A DNA stretch of 64,000 bases from Vulcanimicrobiota bacterium (GCA_963695225.1 OY968762.1:2656001-2720000); one strand, 5' to 3'. Counted from the stretch's first letter, positions 33,701 through 44,641 are shown. The notes: generated from the letters alone by a model not told the origin. Program-made: numbers and translations.

Positions 33701-36379
33701 ATGCTGAAGTTCAATCCTCGCCTACTTTCGGCCGCGCTGCTGTTCGCCGGCGCGTGCTCGGCGCTCGCATCCGCCCCGGCGCGGGCCGCGGCGGATGCGT
33801 CGACGCTCCGGGCCACGCTCGACAACGGGCTGCGCGTCGTCATCGTGCGCAACGCGCTCGCCCCGGTCGTGACGGAGGTCGTCAATTACGGCACGGGCGG
33901 GCAGGATACGCCTGCGGGATTCCCCGGGACGGCGCACGCGGTCGAACACATGATGTTCCGCAGTTCCGCCGGCCTTTCGACGGCGCAACTCGCGAACATC
34001 GGCGCGTTGCTGGGCGCCGATTTCAACGCCGATACGCAGGAAGCGATCACCCAGTACTTCTTCACGGTGCCCGCCCAGTATCTCGGCATCGCCCTCAAGG
34101 TCGAAGCGACGAGGATGACCGGCCTGCTCGCGACGGACGCCGAGTGGGCGAAAGAACGCGGCGCGATCGAGCAGGAGGTCTCGCGTGACGAATCCTCCAC
34201 GTTCTTCCGCTACTACCAGGCGGCGCTCGCGAGATTGTGGGCGCAGACCCCCTATCAGTACAGCCCGCTCGGAACGCGCCCGTCGTTCGACAAGACGACG
34301 GGCGCCGATCTGCGCCGCTTCCACGACGCGTGGTACGCCCCAAACAACGCGCTCCTCGTGATCTGCGGCGACGTCGATCCGGGCAAGACGCTCGCCACGG
34401 TCCGCGCGACGTTCGGCTCGATCCCCAAGCGCGCGGTTCCGGCGCATCCCGCCGTGAAGGCCGGCCCGGTGACGGGCGAGACCATCGCGCTCGATAGCGA
34501 CATGCCGGTGCCGATCGTCGCCGCCGCTTATCGTATGCCGGGTTACGACAGCCCCGATTTCTCCGCCACGCAGATCGCGATCGACGCTCTCAACAGCGAG
34601 CGCGGCAAGTTGTTCGCGCTGCAAGCCGACGGCAAGGCGCTCGGCGTGGGCGTGGAAGCGCAGACGTTCCAGCACGGCGGGCTCGGCTTCGCGTACATCG
34701 CCACCGCCCCGAATGCCGATCCGGCGGCGGCCCGCGCGCTGCTCTTCGCTACGCTCGGCGACTACCGGCGCAACGGGGTCCCGGACGAACTCGTCGAGGC
34801 GGCCAAGCGCAAGGAAATCGCGCAAGCGCTGTTCAGCCGCAATTCGATCGAAGGCCTCGCGACGGAGTGGTCGCAGGCCGTGGCGGTCGAAGGCCTCGCA
34901 TCGCCCGACGATCGCACTGCCCGCCTGGAGAAGGTGACGAAAGCCGACGTGGACCGCGCGCTCGCGCAGTATTTCGACGATGCGCAAGCCGTCGTCGGGG
35001 TTCTGATCCCCAAGTCCGCGGGCGGCGCCTCGAGCCGCGGTGGTTACGGCGGGAAGGAATCCTTTGCACCGGCCAGTTCGAAACCGGTCGTCTTGCCGGT
35101 CTGGGCGCGGGGCCTCGAACGCCTCCCCGGCGTCCCGGCCACGTCGCTCGCACCCGTCGACATGCGCTTGCCGAACGGGATCCGATTGATCGTCCAGCCG
35201 ACCTCGATCAGTCCGACCGTCACCGTGCGCGGCGCCGTCAAGCAGAATGCCGACCTGCAGGCTCCGCCGGCGAAGGAGGGCGTCGACGACGTCCTCGGAG
35301 CCCTCTTCCCGTACGGCACGACCACGCTCGACCGCTTGGCCTTCCGGGCGGCGCTCGACGACATCGCGGCCGACGTCTCGGGAGGATCCTCGTTCTCGCT
35401 CGCGGTCCCGGCGGCGAGTTTCGATCGCGGCATGCAATTGCTGGCCGACGACGTGCTCCATCCGGCGCTCCCGCCCGATGCGTTCGCGATCGTCCGCGCG
35501 CAGACGTCTCAGGGGTTGGAAGGCGAGCTCAAGAGCCCCGATTACATCGCCGAGATCGCGCTGGAACGGCGGCTCTATCCCAAGGGCGATCCGCAACTGC
35601 GCGAAGCGACGCCGGCGACCGTCGACGCGCTCGCGCTCGACGACGTCAAGGCCTATTACGCGGCGACGTTCCGGCCCGACATGACGACGATCGTCGTCGC
35701 CGGCGCGGTAACCCCCGAGCAAGCGAGAGCGAGCGTCGAGCGATGGTTCGGCGCGTGGACGGCGAGCGGCCCGAAGCCGCAGACGGAGTATCCGCCGGTT
35801 CCGCTCAACAAACCGGGGGCGTCGGTCGTCCCCGCGACGGGGCGCAAGCAATCCGACGTCACGCTCGACGAGCTCGTGGGCATCACGCGCTCGAACCCGG
35901 ACTACTACGCGCTGCGGCTCGGAGACACCGTCCTCGGCGGCGCGTTCTATTCGACGCGCTTCTATCGCGATCTGCGCAAGGACAACGGCCTCGTCTACAC
36001 GGTCGGGGCGGAGTTGGACGCCGGCAAGACGCGCACGTCGTACAGCGTCCGGTTCGGCAGCGATCCGCAGAACGTCGCGAAGGCGCGCGCGATCGTCGAG
36101 CGCGATCTGCGGGACATGGGAGCGAAGGTCGTTACGCCGGAAGAACTGCGGCTCGCCAAGACGACGGCCGTGCTCGGCGGTGAGCTCGCCGAATCGAACG
36201 TCGGCGCGGTCGCTTCCGGCTACCTCGCACGAGCACTCGCGGATCTCCCGCTCGACGAGCCGCAGCGTAGGGCGCGGATCTTCTTGGGGATGAACGCGGA
36301 GACGATTCGAGCCGCGTTCGCGCGCTGGATCGATCCCGCGCGCTTCGTGCAAATCGTCACGGGACCGGCGCCGAAGTAG
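33701..36379 (+). CDS. Secreted M16 family zinc peptidase (PqqL-like)
   Basis: Signal peptide, LDNGLRV, HAVEHMMF inverted zinc motif, second half LPNG...R...GLVY. Confidence 0.9.
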   Translation: MLKFNPRLLSAALLFAGACSALASAPARAAADASTLRATLDNGLRVVIVRNALAPVVTEVVNYGTGGQDTPAGFPGTAHAVEHMMFRSSAGLSTAQLANIGALLGADFNADTQEAITQYFFTVPAQYLGIALKVEATRMTGLLATDAEWAKERGAIEQEVSRDESSTFFRYYQAALARLWAQTPYQYSPLGTRPSFDKTTGADLRRFHDAWYAPNNALLVICGDVDPGKTLATVRATFGSIPKRAVPAHPAVKAGPVTGETIALDSDMPVPIVAAAYRMPGYDSPDFSATQIAIDALNSERGKLFALQADGKALGVGVEAQTFQHGGLGFAYIATAPNADPAAARALLFATLGDYRRNGVPDELVEAAKRKEIAQALFSRNSIEGLATEWSQAVAVEGLASPDDRTARLEKVTKADVDRALAQYFDDAQAVVGVLIPKSAGGASSRGGYGGKESFAPASSKPVVLPVWARGLERLPGVPATSLAPVDMRLPNGIRLIVQPTSISPTVTVRGAVKQNADLQAPPAKEGVDDVLGALFPYGTTTLDRLAFRAALDDIAADVSGGSSFSLAVPAASFDRGMQLLADDVLHPALPPDAFAIVRAQTSQGLEGELKSPDYIAEIALERRLYPKGDPQLREATPATVDALALDDVKAYYAATFRPDMTTIVVAGAVTPEQARASVERWFGAWTASGPKPQTEYPPVPLNKPGASVVPATGRKQSDVTLDELVGITRSNPDYYALRLGDTVLGGAFYSTRFYRDLRKDNGLVYTVGAELDAGKTRTSYSVRFGSDPQNVAKARAIVERDLRDMGAKVVTPEELRLAKTTAVLGGELAESNVGAVASGYLARALADLPLDEPQRRARIFLGMNAETIRAAFARWIDPARFVQIVTGPAPK

Positions 36380-36384
36380 ACGCA

Positions 36385-37410
36385 TTGGAAGGGGTCCCGT
36401 TCGTCGAGGCGACGCGCGGCGAGCTCGTCGAGTCGTTGCATGCGGTCGCGGCATGCGCGTGCTCGCCGGACGGCGCCGCACCGCCGCGCCTCGCGCTCGG
36501 AAACGTCGACGTCCCGATCTTCCTGCGCTCCGCGTCCAAGCCGTTCATCGCCGCGACGATCGTCGCAGCCGGCGCGGTCGCGCGCTTCGGCCTCGAACAG
36601 CGCGAGATCGCGGTCATCGCCGCCTCGCACGGCGGCGAGCCGCGGCACGTCGAGGCGGTCCGTTCCATTCTGCGCAAGACCGGCTTCGCCGAATCCGATT
36701 TGCAATGCGGCGCGCACGCGCCCTCGTACGAGCCGGCGGCGGCCGCGCTCGCGCGCGAGGGGGTTCCGTATACCGCGATTCACAACAACTGCTCGGGGAA
36801 ACACGCCGGCATCCTCGCGCTCGCGCGTCTGCTCGGCGCGGATCCGGCGACGTACCTGGAGCCTGCGAATCCGGCGCAACGGCGCATTCTGGAGTTTTGC
36901 GCGCGGCTCTCCGGCGAAGATCCGGCCGGCTTGCAGCTCGGCGTCGACGGGTGCGGGATCCCGGTCTACGCGCTCCCGCTGCGCCGTGCTGCGCTCGCGT
37001 TCGCGCGGTTCGCGACGCTCTCGCACGTCTCGGACGAAACCGCGGAGGCGCTCGCGTGCGTCCGCGCGGCGCTCGCGGCCGAGCCGTTCTACATAGCCGG
37101 CACGGGCCGCTTCGATTCCGCGCTGATCGAAGCAAGCGGCGGCAGGGCGATCGGAAAAGCGGGGGCCGAGGGAGTGCACGGCGATGCGTTGCTCGATCCC
37201 GGACTCGGCCTCGCGCTCAAGGTGATCGACGGGAATCGCCGCGCGGTCCCGCCGGCCGCGATTGCGCTGTTGCGCGAGCTCGGTGCCCTCGATGCCCGTG
37301 CAGACGCGACGCTCGCTTCGTTCGCGCGCCCGCAGATCCTCAACGTGGCGGGCCGCGTCGTCGGAGAATTGCGCGCGCGAGATTTCGACGGCCTGAGGCT
37401 CTCTCGTTGA
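36385..37410 (+). CDS. L-asparaginase II (Rhizobium AnsA type)
   Basis: RSASKP, ASHGGE..H, NNCSGKH, DGCGIP, KAGAEG. Confidence 0.88.
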   Translation: MEGVPFVEATRGELVESLHAVAACACSPDGAAPPRLALGNVDVPIFLRSASKPFIAATIVAAGAVARFGLEQREIAVIAASHGGEPRHVEAVRSILRKTGFAESDLQCGAHAPSYEPAAAALAREGVPYTAIHNNCSGKHAGILALARLLGADPATYLEPANPAQRRILEFCARLSGEDPAGLQLGVDGCGIPVYALPLRRAALAFARFATLSHVSDETAEALACVRAALAAEPFYIAGTGRFDSALIEASGGRAIGKAGAEGVHGDALLDPGLGLALKVIDGNRRAVPPAAIALLRELGALDARADATLASFARPQILNVAGRVVGELRARDFDGLRLSR

Positions 37411-37521
37411 GCCGAGGACGGCAAGCCGCAACCTCCCCGCGGTTTCAGGCGTCTTGCGAATCACGCATGCTACAGAGACGGCGAACGACGAGCGCGGAGC
37501 GCGTATCCCCGGCGGCCTCGC

Positions 37522-40500
37522 GTGGTTGAATTCTTCCTGCGCCGCCCCGTCTTCGCGACGGTCTGCTCCGTCGTCATCTTGCTGGGCGGCCTCGTCGCGA
37601 TTCCGACGTTGCCGATCGCCCAGTTCCCGAAGATCGCGCCGCCGACCGTCACCGTCAGCGCGACGTACACCGGCGCGAGCGCCGAGGCCGTCGAGTCGAG
37701 CGTTACGACGCCGCTCGAGGAGGCGATCAACGGCATCCAGGGCCTGCGCTATCTGAGCTCGACATCGTCGAACGACGGAACGACGTCGATCACGGCGGTC
37801 TTCTCGCTCGACCGGAACTTGGATCAAGCCGCGACCGACGTGCAAAACGCGGTCTCCACCGCAACGGGCCGTCTGCCGACCGAAGTGAACCTCACCGGCG
37901 TCACCGTCACGAAGAACGCCGGATCGTTCATCATGGCGCTCGGAGTGTGGTCGGAGAACTCGAATTACTCGTCGCTGAACCTGAGCAACTACGCGGACCT
38001 GAACATTCGGGACGAGCTGCGGCGCATTCCGGGGATCGGGAACGTGATCATCTTCGGCGAACGCAAGTACGCGATGCGGGTCTGGGTCGATCCGCGCAAA
38101 CTCGCGGACCGCGGGCTCTCGGCGGGCGACGTCGTGGCAGCGCTGCAGGATCAGAACGCGCAGGTCGCCGCCGGCAAGATCGGGGCCCCGCCGACGACGG
38201 GAAACCAGCCGTACGAGTTCCCGATCACGGCGACGGGCCGCCTGCGAAACATCGAGGATTTCCGGAACGTCATCCTGAGCGCGACGCCGGACGGCGGGTT
38301 CGTGAAGCTGGGAGACGTCGCGCGGATCGAAATCGGCGCGGAGAACTACGCGACGAACCTGCGCTTCGACGGGCACGAGGCGATCGGGATCGGGATCCAG
38401 ATCCTCCCCAACGGCAACGCGCTCGACGTCTCCAAAGAAGTGGTCGCGACGATGCAGCGCCTCGCCGAGCGCTTCCCCGCCGGCGTGAAGTACAAGGTCG
38501 CCTTCGACTCGACCGATTTCGTACGCAATTCGATCAACGACGTGATCGTGACGCTCTTCATCGCGATCGCGCTCGTCGTGTTCGTCATTTTCCTGTTCCT
38601 GCAGGATTGGCGCACGACGCTGATCCCCTCGATCACGATCCCGATCTCGCTGATCGGGACGTTCGGGCTGATGAAGCTCTTGGGCTTCTCGATCAACACG
38701 CTCACGCTCTTCGGCCTGACGCTCGCGACGGGACTCGTCGTCGACGACGCGATCGTCGTGATCGAGAACATCGCTCGTTTCATTCGGGAAAAGGGGATGG
38801 AGCCGCTGGCGGCCGCGTCGGCGGCGATGAAGGAGATCTCGGGCGCGGTCGTCGCGACCTCGCTCGTCCTGCTCTCGGTGTTCGTTCCGGTCGGGTTCTT
38901 CCCGGGGACGACGGGCCTGCTCTACAAGCAGTTCGCGCTGACGATCGCGTGCTCGATCTCGATCTCGCTGTTCAACGCGCTGACGCTCACGCCGGTACTA
39001 TCGGCGCTCTTCTTGCGAAGCCACGTCGATAGCCACCGCGGCTTCTTCGGCGGGATCAACTCGGTCATCGACGGGACGCGCAGCCGGTACCATGCATTCA
39101 TCCCGCGCGTGCTGCGGGCTCGGACGCTCATCGCCGCGCTCTTCGTGGCGGCGCTCGGCCTGACGTGGTTCGTCTACAAGCACACGCCGGGCGGCTTCGT
39201 TCCGGACGAGGATCAGAGCTTCCTGATCGTGAGCGCTCAGAACCCGGAAGGAACGTCCGTCGATCAAATGACCAAGACGCGGTATGCGATCGAGGACATC
39301 CTCAATCGCCAGCCGGAGGTCACCGACGTCTTCGACGTCGGCGGGTTCGGCTTCACCGGGAGCGGCTCGAACAAGGGGACGATGTTCGTGCGGCTCAAGC
39401 CGCTCAAGGAACGCGGCGGCGGTCCGCACAGCGTCGGTGCGGTGATCGGACGCCTGTACGGCGCGTTCTCGCAACTTCCGGGGACGAGCGCCTTCCCGAT
39501 CAATCCTCCCGCGGTTCAAGGGTTGGGCCTCCAGGGCGGGTTCACGTTCCAGCTTCAGGATCGCAGCGGCATCGGCATCAAGCCCCTCGCCTACAGCGCG
39601 TACGGCATCATGGGGCTGGCGGCGCGGGATCCCGCGCTGAGCCGCGTCTATACGACGTTCAGCGTCGGCACGCCGGAACTGATCGCGCAGATCGATCGGG
39701 AGAAGGCCAAGAGCCTCGGCATCCCGCTCGCCAACGTTTTCAACTCGATGCAGGTCTACCTCGGCTCCCTGTACGTGAACGATTTCGACTACCTCAACCG
39801 GTCGTATCGCGTCTACGTGCAGGCGGATGCGCCGTTCCGCGGCAGCCTCGACGATTTCCAGCGCATCTACGTTCGATCGAGCACGAACGGGATCACGCCG
39901 CTCTCGTCCCTGATGCAGACGCGCACGGACAAGACTTCGCCGATCATCACGCACTTCAACCTCTTCCGCTCGGTGGAGATCGACGGGGGGCCTTCGGCCG
40001 GGCACGGATCGGCCGAGGCGATCGCCGCGATGCAGAAGATCTTCAACCAAGTCTCGGCGATCACGCCCGGACTCGGGTTCGAGTGGAGCGGCATCTCGCG
40101 CGAACAGATCGAGGGCGGGACGCAGGCTGCGCTGATCTTCGTCCTCGGGATCATCTTCACGTTCCTCGTGCTCGCTGCCCAGTACGAAAGCTTCATCGAC
40201 CCGCTGATCATCCTGCTCGCCGTGCCGCTCGCGATGCTCGGCGCGCTCGTGGCGATCGGGCTGCGCGCCATGCTCCCGTTCCAATCCGGCGGCATCAGCG
40301 ACGTCTACGCGCAGATCGGGTTCTTGATGCTGATCGGGCTCGCGAGCAAGAACGCGATCCTGATCGTGGAATTTGCGAACCAGCTCCGCAAGACCGGGCT
40401 GAACGCCTTCGATGCCGTGCAGAAGGCTTCCGAAACGCGTTTGCGCCCGATTCTGATGACCTCGATCGCGTTCATCCTGGGCATCTTCCCGCTCGTGATC

Positions 40501-40767
40501 GCGAACGGCGACGGCGCCGCGGCGCGCAATTCGCTCGGAACCGCCGTCTTCGGCGGGATGATCGTTTCGACGTTCCTCAATCTGTTCGTGGTGCCGGTCC
40601 TCTACGTGATCTTCGTGCGCATCGAAGATCGCATCCGCGGGAACCGCGACATCTTCGCGAAGCACGGCCTCGCCCCGGTAGCGCCGCTCGTCCCGCTCGA
40701 CGGCAAGCCGCCGTCGCCGTCGCCGTCGCCGACGCCCCCGCCGACTACGCCCGCCGGGAAGACCTAG
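37522..40767 (+). CDS. HAE1-family RND efflux transporter (AcrB-like)
   Basis: RRPVFA, GLVVDDAIVVIEN, YKQFA, PDEDQ, GLASKNAILIVEFA, RLRPILMTS. Confidence 0.95.
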   Translation: MVEFFLRRPVFATVCSVVILLGGLVAIPTLPIAQFPKIAPPTVTVSATYTGASAEAVESSVTTPLEEAINGIQGLRYLSSTSSNDGTTSITAVFSLDRNLDQAATDVQNAVSTATGRLPTEVNLTGVTVTKNAGSFIMALGVWSENSNYSSLNLSNYADLNIRDELRRIPGIGNVIIFGERKYAMRVWVDPRKLADRGLSAGDVVAALQDQNAQVAAGKIGAPPTTGNQPYEFPITATGRLRNIEDFRNVILSATPDGGFVKLGDVARIEIGAENYATNLRFDGHEAIGIGIQILPNGNALDVSKEVVATMQRLAERFPAGVKYKVAFDSTDFVRNSINDVIVTLFIAIALVVFVIFLFLQDWRTTLIPSITIPISLIGTFGLMKLLGFSINTLTLFGLTLATGLVVDDAIVVIENIARFIREKGMEPLAAASAAMKEISGAVVATSLVLLSVFVPVGFFPGTTGLLYKQFALTIACSISISLFNALTLTPVLSALFLRSHVDSHRGFFGGINSVIDGTRSRYHAFIPRVLRARTLIAALFVAALGLTWFVYKHTPGGFVPDEDQSFLIVSAQNPEGTSVDQMTKTRYAIEDILNRQPEVTDVFDVGGFGFTGSGSNKGTMFVRLKPLKERGGGPHSVGAVIGRLYGAFSQLPGTSAFPINPPAVQGLGLQGGFTFQLQDRSGIGIKPLAYSAYGIMGLAARDPALSRVYTTFSVGTPELIAQIDREKAKSLGIPLANVFNSMQVYLGSLYVNDFDYLNRSYRVYVQADAPFRGSLDDFQRIYVRSSTNGITPLSSLMQTRTDKTSPIITHFNLFRSVEIDGGPSAGHGSAEAIAAMQKIFNQVSAITPGLGFEWSGISREQIEGGTQAALIFVLGIIFTFLVLAAQYESFIDPLIILLAVPLAMLGALVAIGLRAMLPFQSGGISDVYAQIGFLMLIGLASKNAILIVEFANQLRKTGLNAFDAVQKASETRLRPILMTSIAFILGIFPLVIANGDGAAARNSLGTAVFGGMIVSTFLNLFVVPVLYVIFVRIEDRIRGNRDIFAKHGLAPVAPLVPLDGKPPSPSPSPTPPPTTPAGKT

Positions 40768-40913
40768 CCTCCCGTGTTCTCGGGAGCCCGTCGACGCGCG
40801 TCATTCCGAGCGGACCATCGGTCTTCTCTTCGGTAAATCATAGCCCCGAAGGGCCGCATGGAAGCGAATGGAAATGGCCGGCCCGCCTGTTGCCCGCCGA
40901 AGGGTGAGCGTTC

Positions 40914-41176
40914 CGCGTGGCCCGCGTCCGGAGCGGGGGCGGGGTTCCCCCGCGGGGACGCCCGCCGTTTCGCATCCATGCGAAACGGCTACTCGTGCAC
41001 GTGTTCCCACGCTGCTGCGCAGCGCGGGGACCCACTGAGTTGAACAGGCGCTCCGCCTACGGCTCCGCGCCCCCACACGCAAAGCGCGTGGGGCCCCGCC
41101 CGCCGTCCGTGGCTCCGCGGGCAAGCTGCACGCCCCGCGGAGAAACCCCGCCCCGCTCCGGACGCTACCATGCATT
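40914..41176 (-). repeat. Structured GTAG-type repeat, inverted copy C with a nested ~95-bp insert
   Basis: 41101-41176 is the reverse complement of 7617-7690 and 40914-41000 of 7703-7787; the intervening sequence is a different hairpin repeat. Confidence 0.88.
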
Positions 41177-41224
41177 CCATGGTCAGCCTGGGGTCAGTGT
41201 GATTGCAACTTTCGATGAGCTGAG

Positions 41225-41277
41225 GTGAGCTGGTCGAAACGCGGCTTGCTCATCCTACGACGAGCTCATGATGAGCG
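41225..41277. repeat. Degenerate REP-like doublet (TGAGC..GTCGA / CGAC..GCTCA type)
   Basis: GTGAGCTGGTCGAA...CCTACGACGAGCTCATGATGAGC, similar to 12268-12288. Confidence 0.5.
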
Positions 41278-41452
41278 GGCTTCGGGACGACGTGAAGGGC
41301 GTGCTTGCTGGTTTGGTTGCGTCGCCTAACTGGAGTACGTTGGTCCCATAATTGCATCGACAGATGTCGCAGGTAAGACTTTTCTCTTGCGGAACGGAGC
41401 GTTGGATTTATCCCATTACGGGTTGACTTTCCACGTAGAGAAAGAGGCTGGC

Positions 41453-42673
41453 GTGAAGTTACTCAGACAATCGGCGGCGCTGGCGGCGTCGTTCGGAATT
41501 GCTTTCTCCGTGGCTGCGCCGATGCGCGCGGTCGCAGCCGACACGGGTCCGATCAGGATCGCGGTCGTGACCGACATGTCGGGGGTTTATGCGGCCCTGG
41601 CGGGCCCCGGAGCGGTCAAGGCGACGGAGATGGCCGTCAAGGATTTCGGCGGGAGCGTCCTCGGGCGTCCGATCGAGGTCGTTACGATCGATCATCGCAA
41701 CAACGGGCCTGAAGCGGCCGTCAAGGCGCGTGAAGCGATCGACGGCGGCTCCGAGCTGTTGATCGACGTGACGAATTCCGCCGTAGCGCTTGCCGTCTCG
41801 GCAGTCGCAAAGGAGAAGCACAAGATCCTGATCGCCACCGGCGCCGCGAGTTCGGCGCTCACCGGTGCCGCGTGTAACAAGTACACTTATCACTACGCGT
41901 ACGATACCTACGCGCTCGCCAATTCGACCGGACACAACATCGCGGCCCAGCCGAACGGCAAGACCTGGTACGGGATCGTTCCGAACTACGCTTTCGGTCA
42001 GCAGATGTTGGCCGACTTCACGGCCGCAATCGGGGCCGAAGGCGGGAGCTTCGTCCACTCGGATATGATTCCGCTGGGGAATACGGACTTCTCATCGTAT
42101 CTGCTCGCCGCGAAGAACTCGGGCGCGCAGGTCCTGGGCGTCCTCAACGCCGGTGCCGACACCGTGAACACGATGAAGGCCGTCAAGCAATTCGGCATCG
42201 ACAAGAGCATGAAGATCGCCGTCGGGCTGATGTTCCTCTCCGACGCCGACGCCCTGCCGGACGTCTTCGCGGGTTCGCGTATCACGACGTCCTGGTACTG
42301 GAACGAGGACAAGGCGGCGCGCGCCTTTGCGGATCGCTTCGCGAAGGAAATGAACGGGCTCCGTCCGACCGACATCCAGGCCTCCGACTACTCCGCGACG
42401 ACCCAGTGGCTCAACGCCGTCAAAGCGACCGGAACCGTCGACCCGGACAAGATCGTCCAGTACCTCGACGGGCGGAAGTTTAACGACTTCTACGCGCACA
42501 ACGGCGAATGGCGCGCCCGCGACCACCGCGTGCTGCACGACATGTACGTGGTCGACGTGCTCTCGAAGGATCAGATCAAAGAGCCCCATGCCTGGTTCAA
42601 GATCGACCAAACGATTCCGGCGAGCCGCGCGTTCCGGCCCGAATCGGAATCGAAGTGCAACAAGGATTGGTAA
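41453..42673 (+). CDS. ABC transporter substrate-binding protein (Liv/HAAT family)
   Basis: Signal peptide; IAVVTDMSG.YA, DFGGSVLGRPIEV, DFSSYLL. Confidence 0.9.
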   Translation: MKLLRQSAALAASFGIAFSVAAPMRAVAADTGPIRIAVVTDMSGVYAALAGPGAVKATEMAVKDFGGSVLGRPIEVVTIDHRNNGPEAAVKAREAIDGGSELLIDVTNSAVALAVSAVAKEKHKILIATGAASSALTGAACNKYTYHYAYDTYALANSTGHNIAAQPNGKTWYGIVPNYAFGQQMLADFTAAIGAEGGSFVHSDMIPLGNTDFSSYLLAAKNSGAQVLGVLNAGADTVNTMKAVKQFGIDKSMKIAVGLMFLSDADALPDVFAGSRITTSWYWNEDKAARAFADRFAKEMNGLRPTDIQASDYSATTQWLNAVKATGTVDPDKIVQYLDGRKFNDFYAHNGEWRARDHRVLHDMYVVDVLSKDQIKEPHAWFKIDQTIPASRAFRPESESKCNKDW

Positions 42674-42707
42674 CGATCCCTAGATCCCAACGGGACGGGG
42701 CCGGCGC

Positions 42708-43634
42708 GTGACGCCGGCCCCGCCTCTCGTCCTTGCCGTGCCGCTGCTCGCCGCGGTCTCGCCCGACTACGTCCTGACCCAGGTCTTCAACGGCTTCGTC
42801 AACGGCGGCTTCTACGCGCTCTTGGCGCTGGGTCTGAGCATCATCTTCGGAATGTTGCGCGTGGTGAACTTCGCGCACGGCACGATGTACATGCTCGGGG
42901 CGTTCGTCGCCTACTACGGGGCGCAGTGGGTGCATCTCCCGTTCTATGCGGCGCTGATCGTGGCGCCGGTCGTCGTGGGCCTCTTCGGGCTCGTACTCGA
43001 GCGGCTCTTCCTGCGCCGCCTCTACGATCTCGATCCGCTCTACAACCTGCTCTTGACGTTCGCGTTCGTCCTCATGATCGAGGACGGGATGCGGCTGGCG
43101 GCGGGCGCGCTCGGCTCGCCGTACGAGACCCCCGAATTGCTCGCCGGGGCGACGAACCTCGGGTTCACGCTCTATCCGACGTACCGCCTCTTCTTGATCG
43201 TCGTCTGCCTCGTGATCTGCGCCGGCGTCTATTTCCTCGTCGAGCGTTCGCCGCTCGGCGCGCGGATTCGCGCGGCGACGGAGAACCCCACGCTGACGCG
43301 TGCGTTCGGGATCGATACCGACAAGCTCGTGAGCGGCGTCTTCGCGGTCGGCGTCGCGATCGCGGCACTCGCCGGAGTTCTGAACGCGCCGATCACGAAC
43401 GTCACGCCGACGATGGGCGACGGCATCATCCTCAACACGTTCGCGATCGTCGTGATCGGCGGGCTCGGCTCGATCCTCGGCTCGATCGTCGCCGGCTTCG
43501 CACTCGGCGTCATCGTCGCCGTCGGGAACGTGTTCTACCCGCAGATCTCGACGACGCTCGTCTTCATCGTCATGGTGATCGTGATCATGTTCCGGCCTGC
43601 CGGCCTCTTCGGAACTCCCGAGCAGGCTCGATGA
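42708..43634 (+). CDS. Branched-chain amino acid ABC permease (LivH-like)
   Basis: LLALGLSIIFG...VVNFAHG, GARIRAA, VVIGGLGS. Confidence 0.9.
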   Translation: MTPAPPLVLAVPLLAAVSPDYVLTQVFNGFVNGGFYALLALGLSIIFGMLRVVNFAHGTMYMLGAFVAYYGAQWVHLPFYAALIVAPVVVGLFGLVLERLFLRRLYDLDPLYNLLLTFAFVLMIEDGMRLAAGALGSPYETPELLAGATNLGFTLYPTYRLFLIVVCLVICAGVYFLVERSPLGARIRAATENPTLTRAFGIDTDKLVSGVFAVGVAIAALAGVLNAPITNVTPTMGDGIILNTFAIVVIGGLGSILGSIVAGFALGVIVAVGNVFYPQISTTLVFIVMVIVIMFRPAGLFGTPEQAR

Positions 43635-44641
43635 CGCTCGGCTACATCCAAGGCCCCGCGGGGCGGATCACCGGCCTCGTCCTGTTCCTCGCGGGTTTGG
43701 CGTTGCCGTTCTTCGTCTACCCCGTCTTCGCGATCCACCTCGCGTGCTTCGCTCTCGTGGCGGTCTCGTTCGACCTCTTGCTCGGGTTCACGGGATTGCT
43801 CTCGTTCGGCCAGGCGCTGTTCTGGGGCGGCGGTGCGTATGCGGCGACGATCCTCAGCGGGAAGGCCGGCGCGCCGTTCCTCGTTGCGCTCGGCTGCGGC
43901 GTGCTCTACGCGGCGATCCTCGCGCTCCTCGTCGGGGCGATCTCCGTGCGGCGAAGCGGCATCTACTTTGCGATGATCACGCTCGCGATCGCGCAGATCC
44001 AGTATTTCCTCGCCTTCCAACTCGTCGATCTCACGGGCGGGGAGAACGGCATCCAGATCGCGACGCGCGGAACGCTCTTCGGCCTCTCGCTCGAGAACGA
44101 CCGCGCGTTCTACTACGTGGTCCTGCTGTTCGTCACGCTCGGCGTCGCGTTCACCGTGCGGGTCGTCGGCTCGCCGTTCGGGGCGGTCCTCACGGCGATG
44201 CGCGAGAACGAACAGCGCGCGCGCAGCATCGGGTACGACACGGCCCGCTTCAAGCTCGGCGCGTTCGTCATGTCGGGCGCGCTCGCGGGGCTGGCCGGTT
44301 CGCTCTTCGCGATCGGCAATCACCTCTCGGGGCTCGACGGCGTGGATTGGCACACTTCCGGCGCGATCGTCATGATGACGATCCTCGGCGGCATCGGGAC
44401 CATCTACGGCCCGATCGTCGGCGCCGCGCTCTTCGAATCGCTCGAGTTCTTCGTCTCGAAGACCCCGATCGGCGACAAGACGAACGTCGTGATGGGCGCG
44501 ATCTTCGCGCTCGTCATCCTCATTGCGCGGCGCGGCATCGTCGGCGAGATCCTCGCCCGCGCCACGCGCCGCAAGCCGGTCGCCGAAGAAGAAGATCCGC
44601 CCGGACTCCTCGGCGACCGCGAAGCGACGGCCGCGAGCTGA
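43631..44641 (+). CDS. Branched-chain amino acid ABC permease (LivM-like)
   Basis: GFTGLLSFGQ, GIYFAMITLA, TGGENG, MRENEQRA, ILGGIGT. Confidence 0.9.
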   Translation: MTLGYIQGPAGRITGLVLFLAGLALPFFVYPVFAIHLACFALVAVSFDLLLGFTGLLSFGQALFWGGGAYAATILSGKAGAPFLVALGCGVLYAAILALLVGAISVRRSGIYFAMITLAIAQIQYFLAFQLVDLTGGENGIQIATRGTLFGLSLENDRAFYYVVLLFVTLGVAFTVRVVGSPFGAVLTAMRENEQRARSIGYDTARFKLGAFVMSGALAGLAGSLFAIGNHLSGLDGVDWHTSGAIVMMTILGGIGTIYGPIVGAALFESLEFFVSKTPIGDKTNVVMGAIFALVILIARRGIVGEILARATRRKPVAEEEDPPGLLGDREATAAS

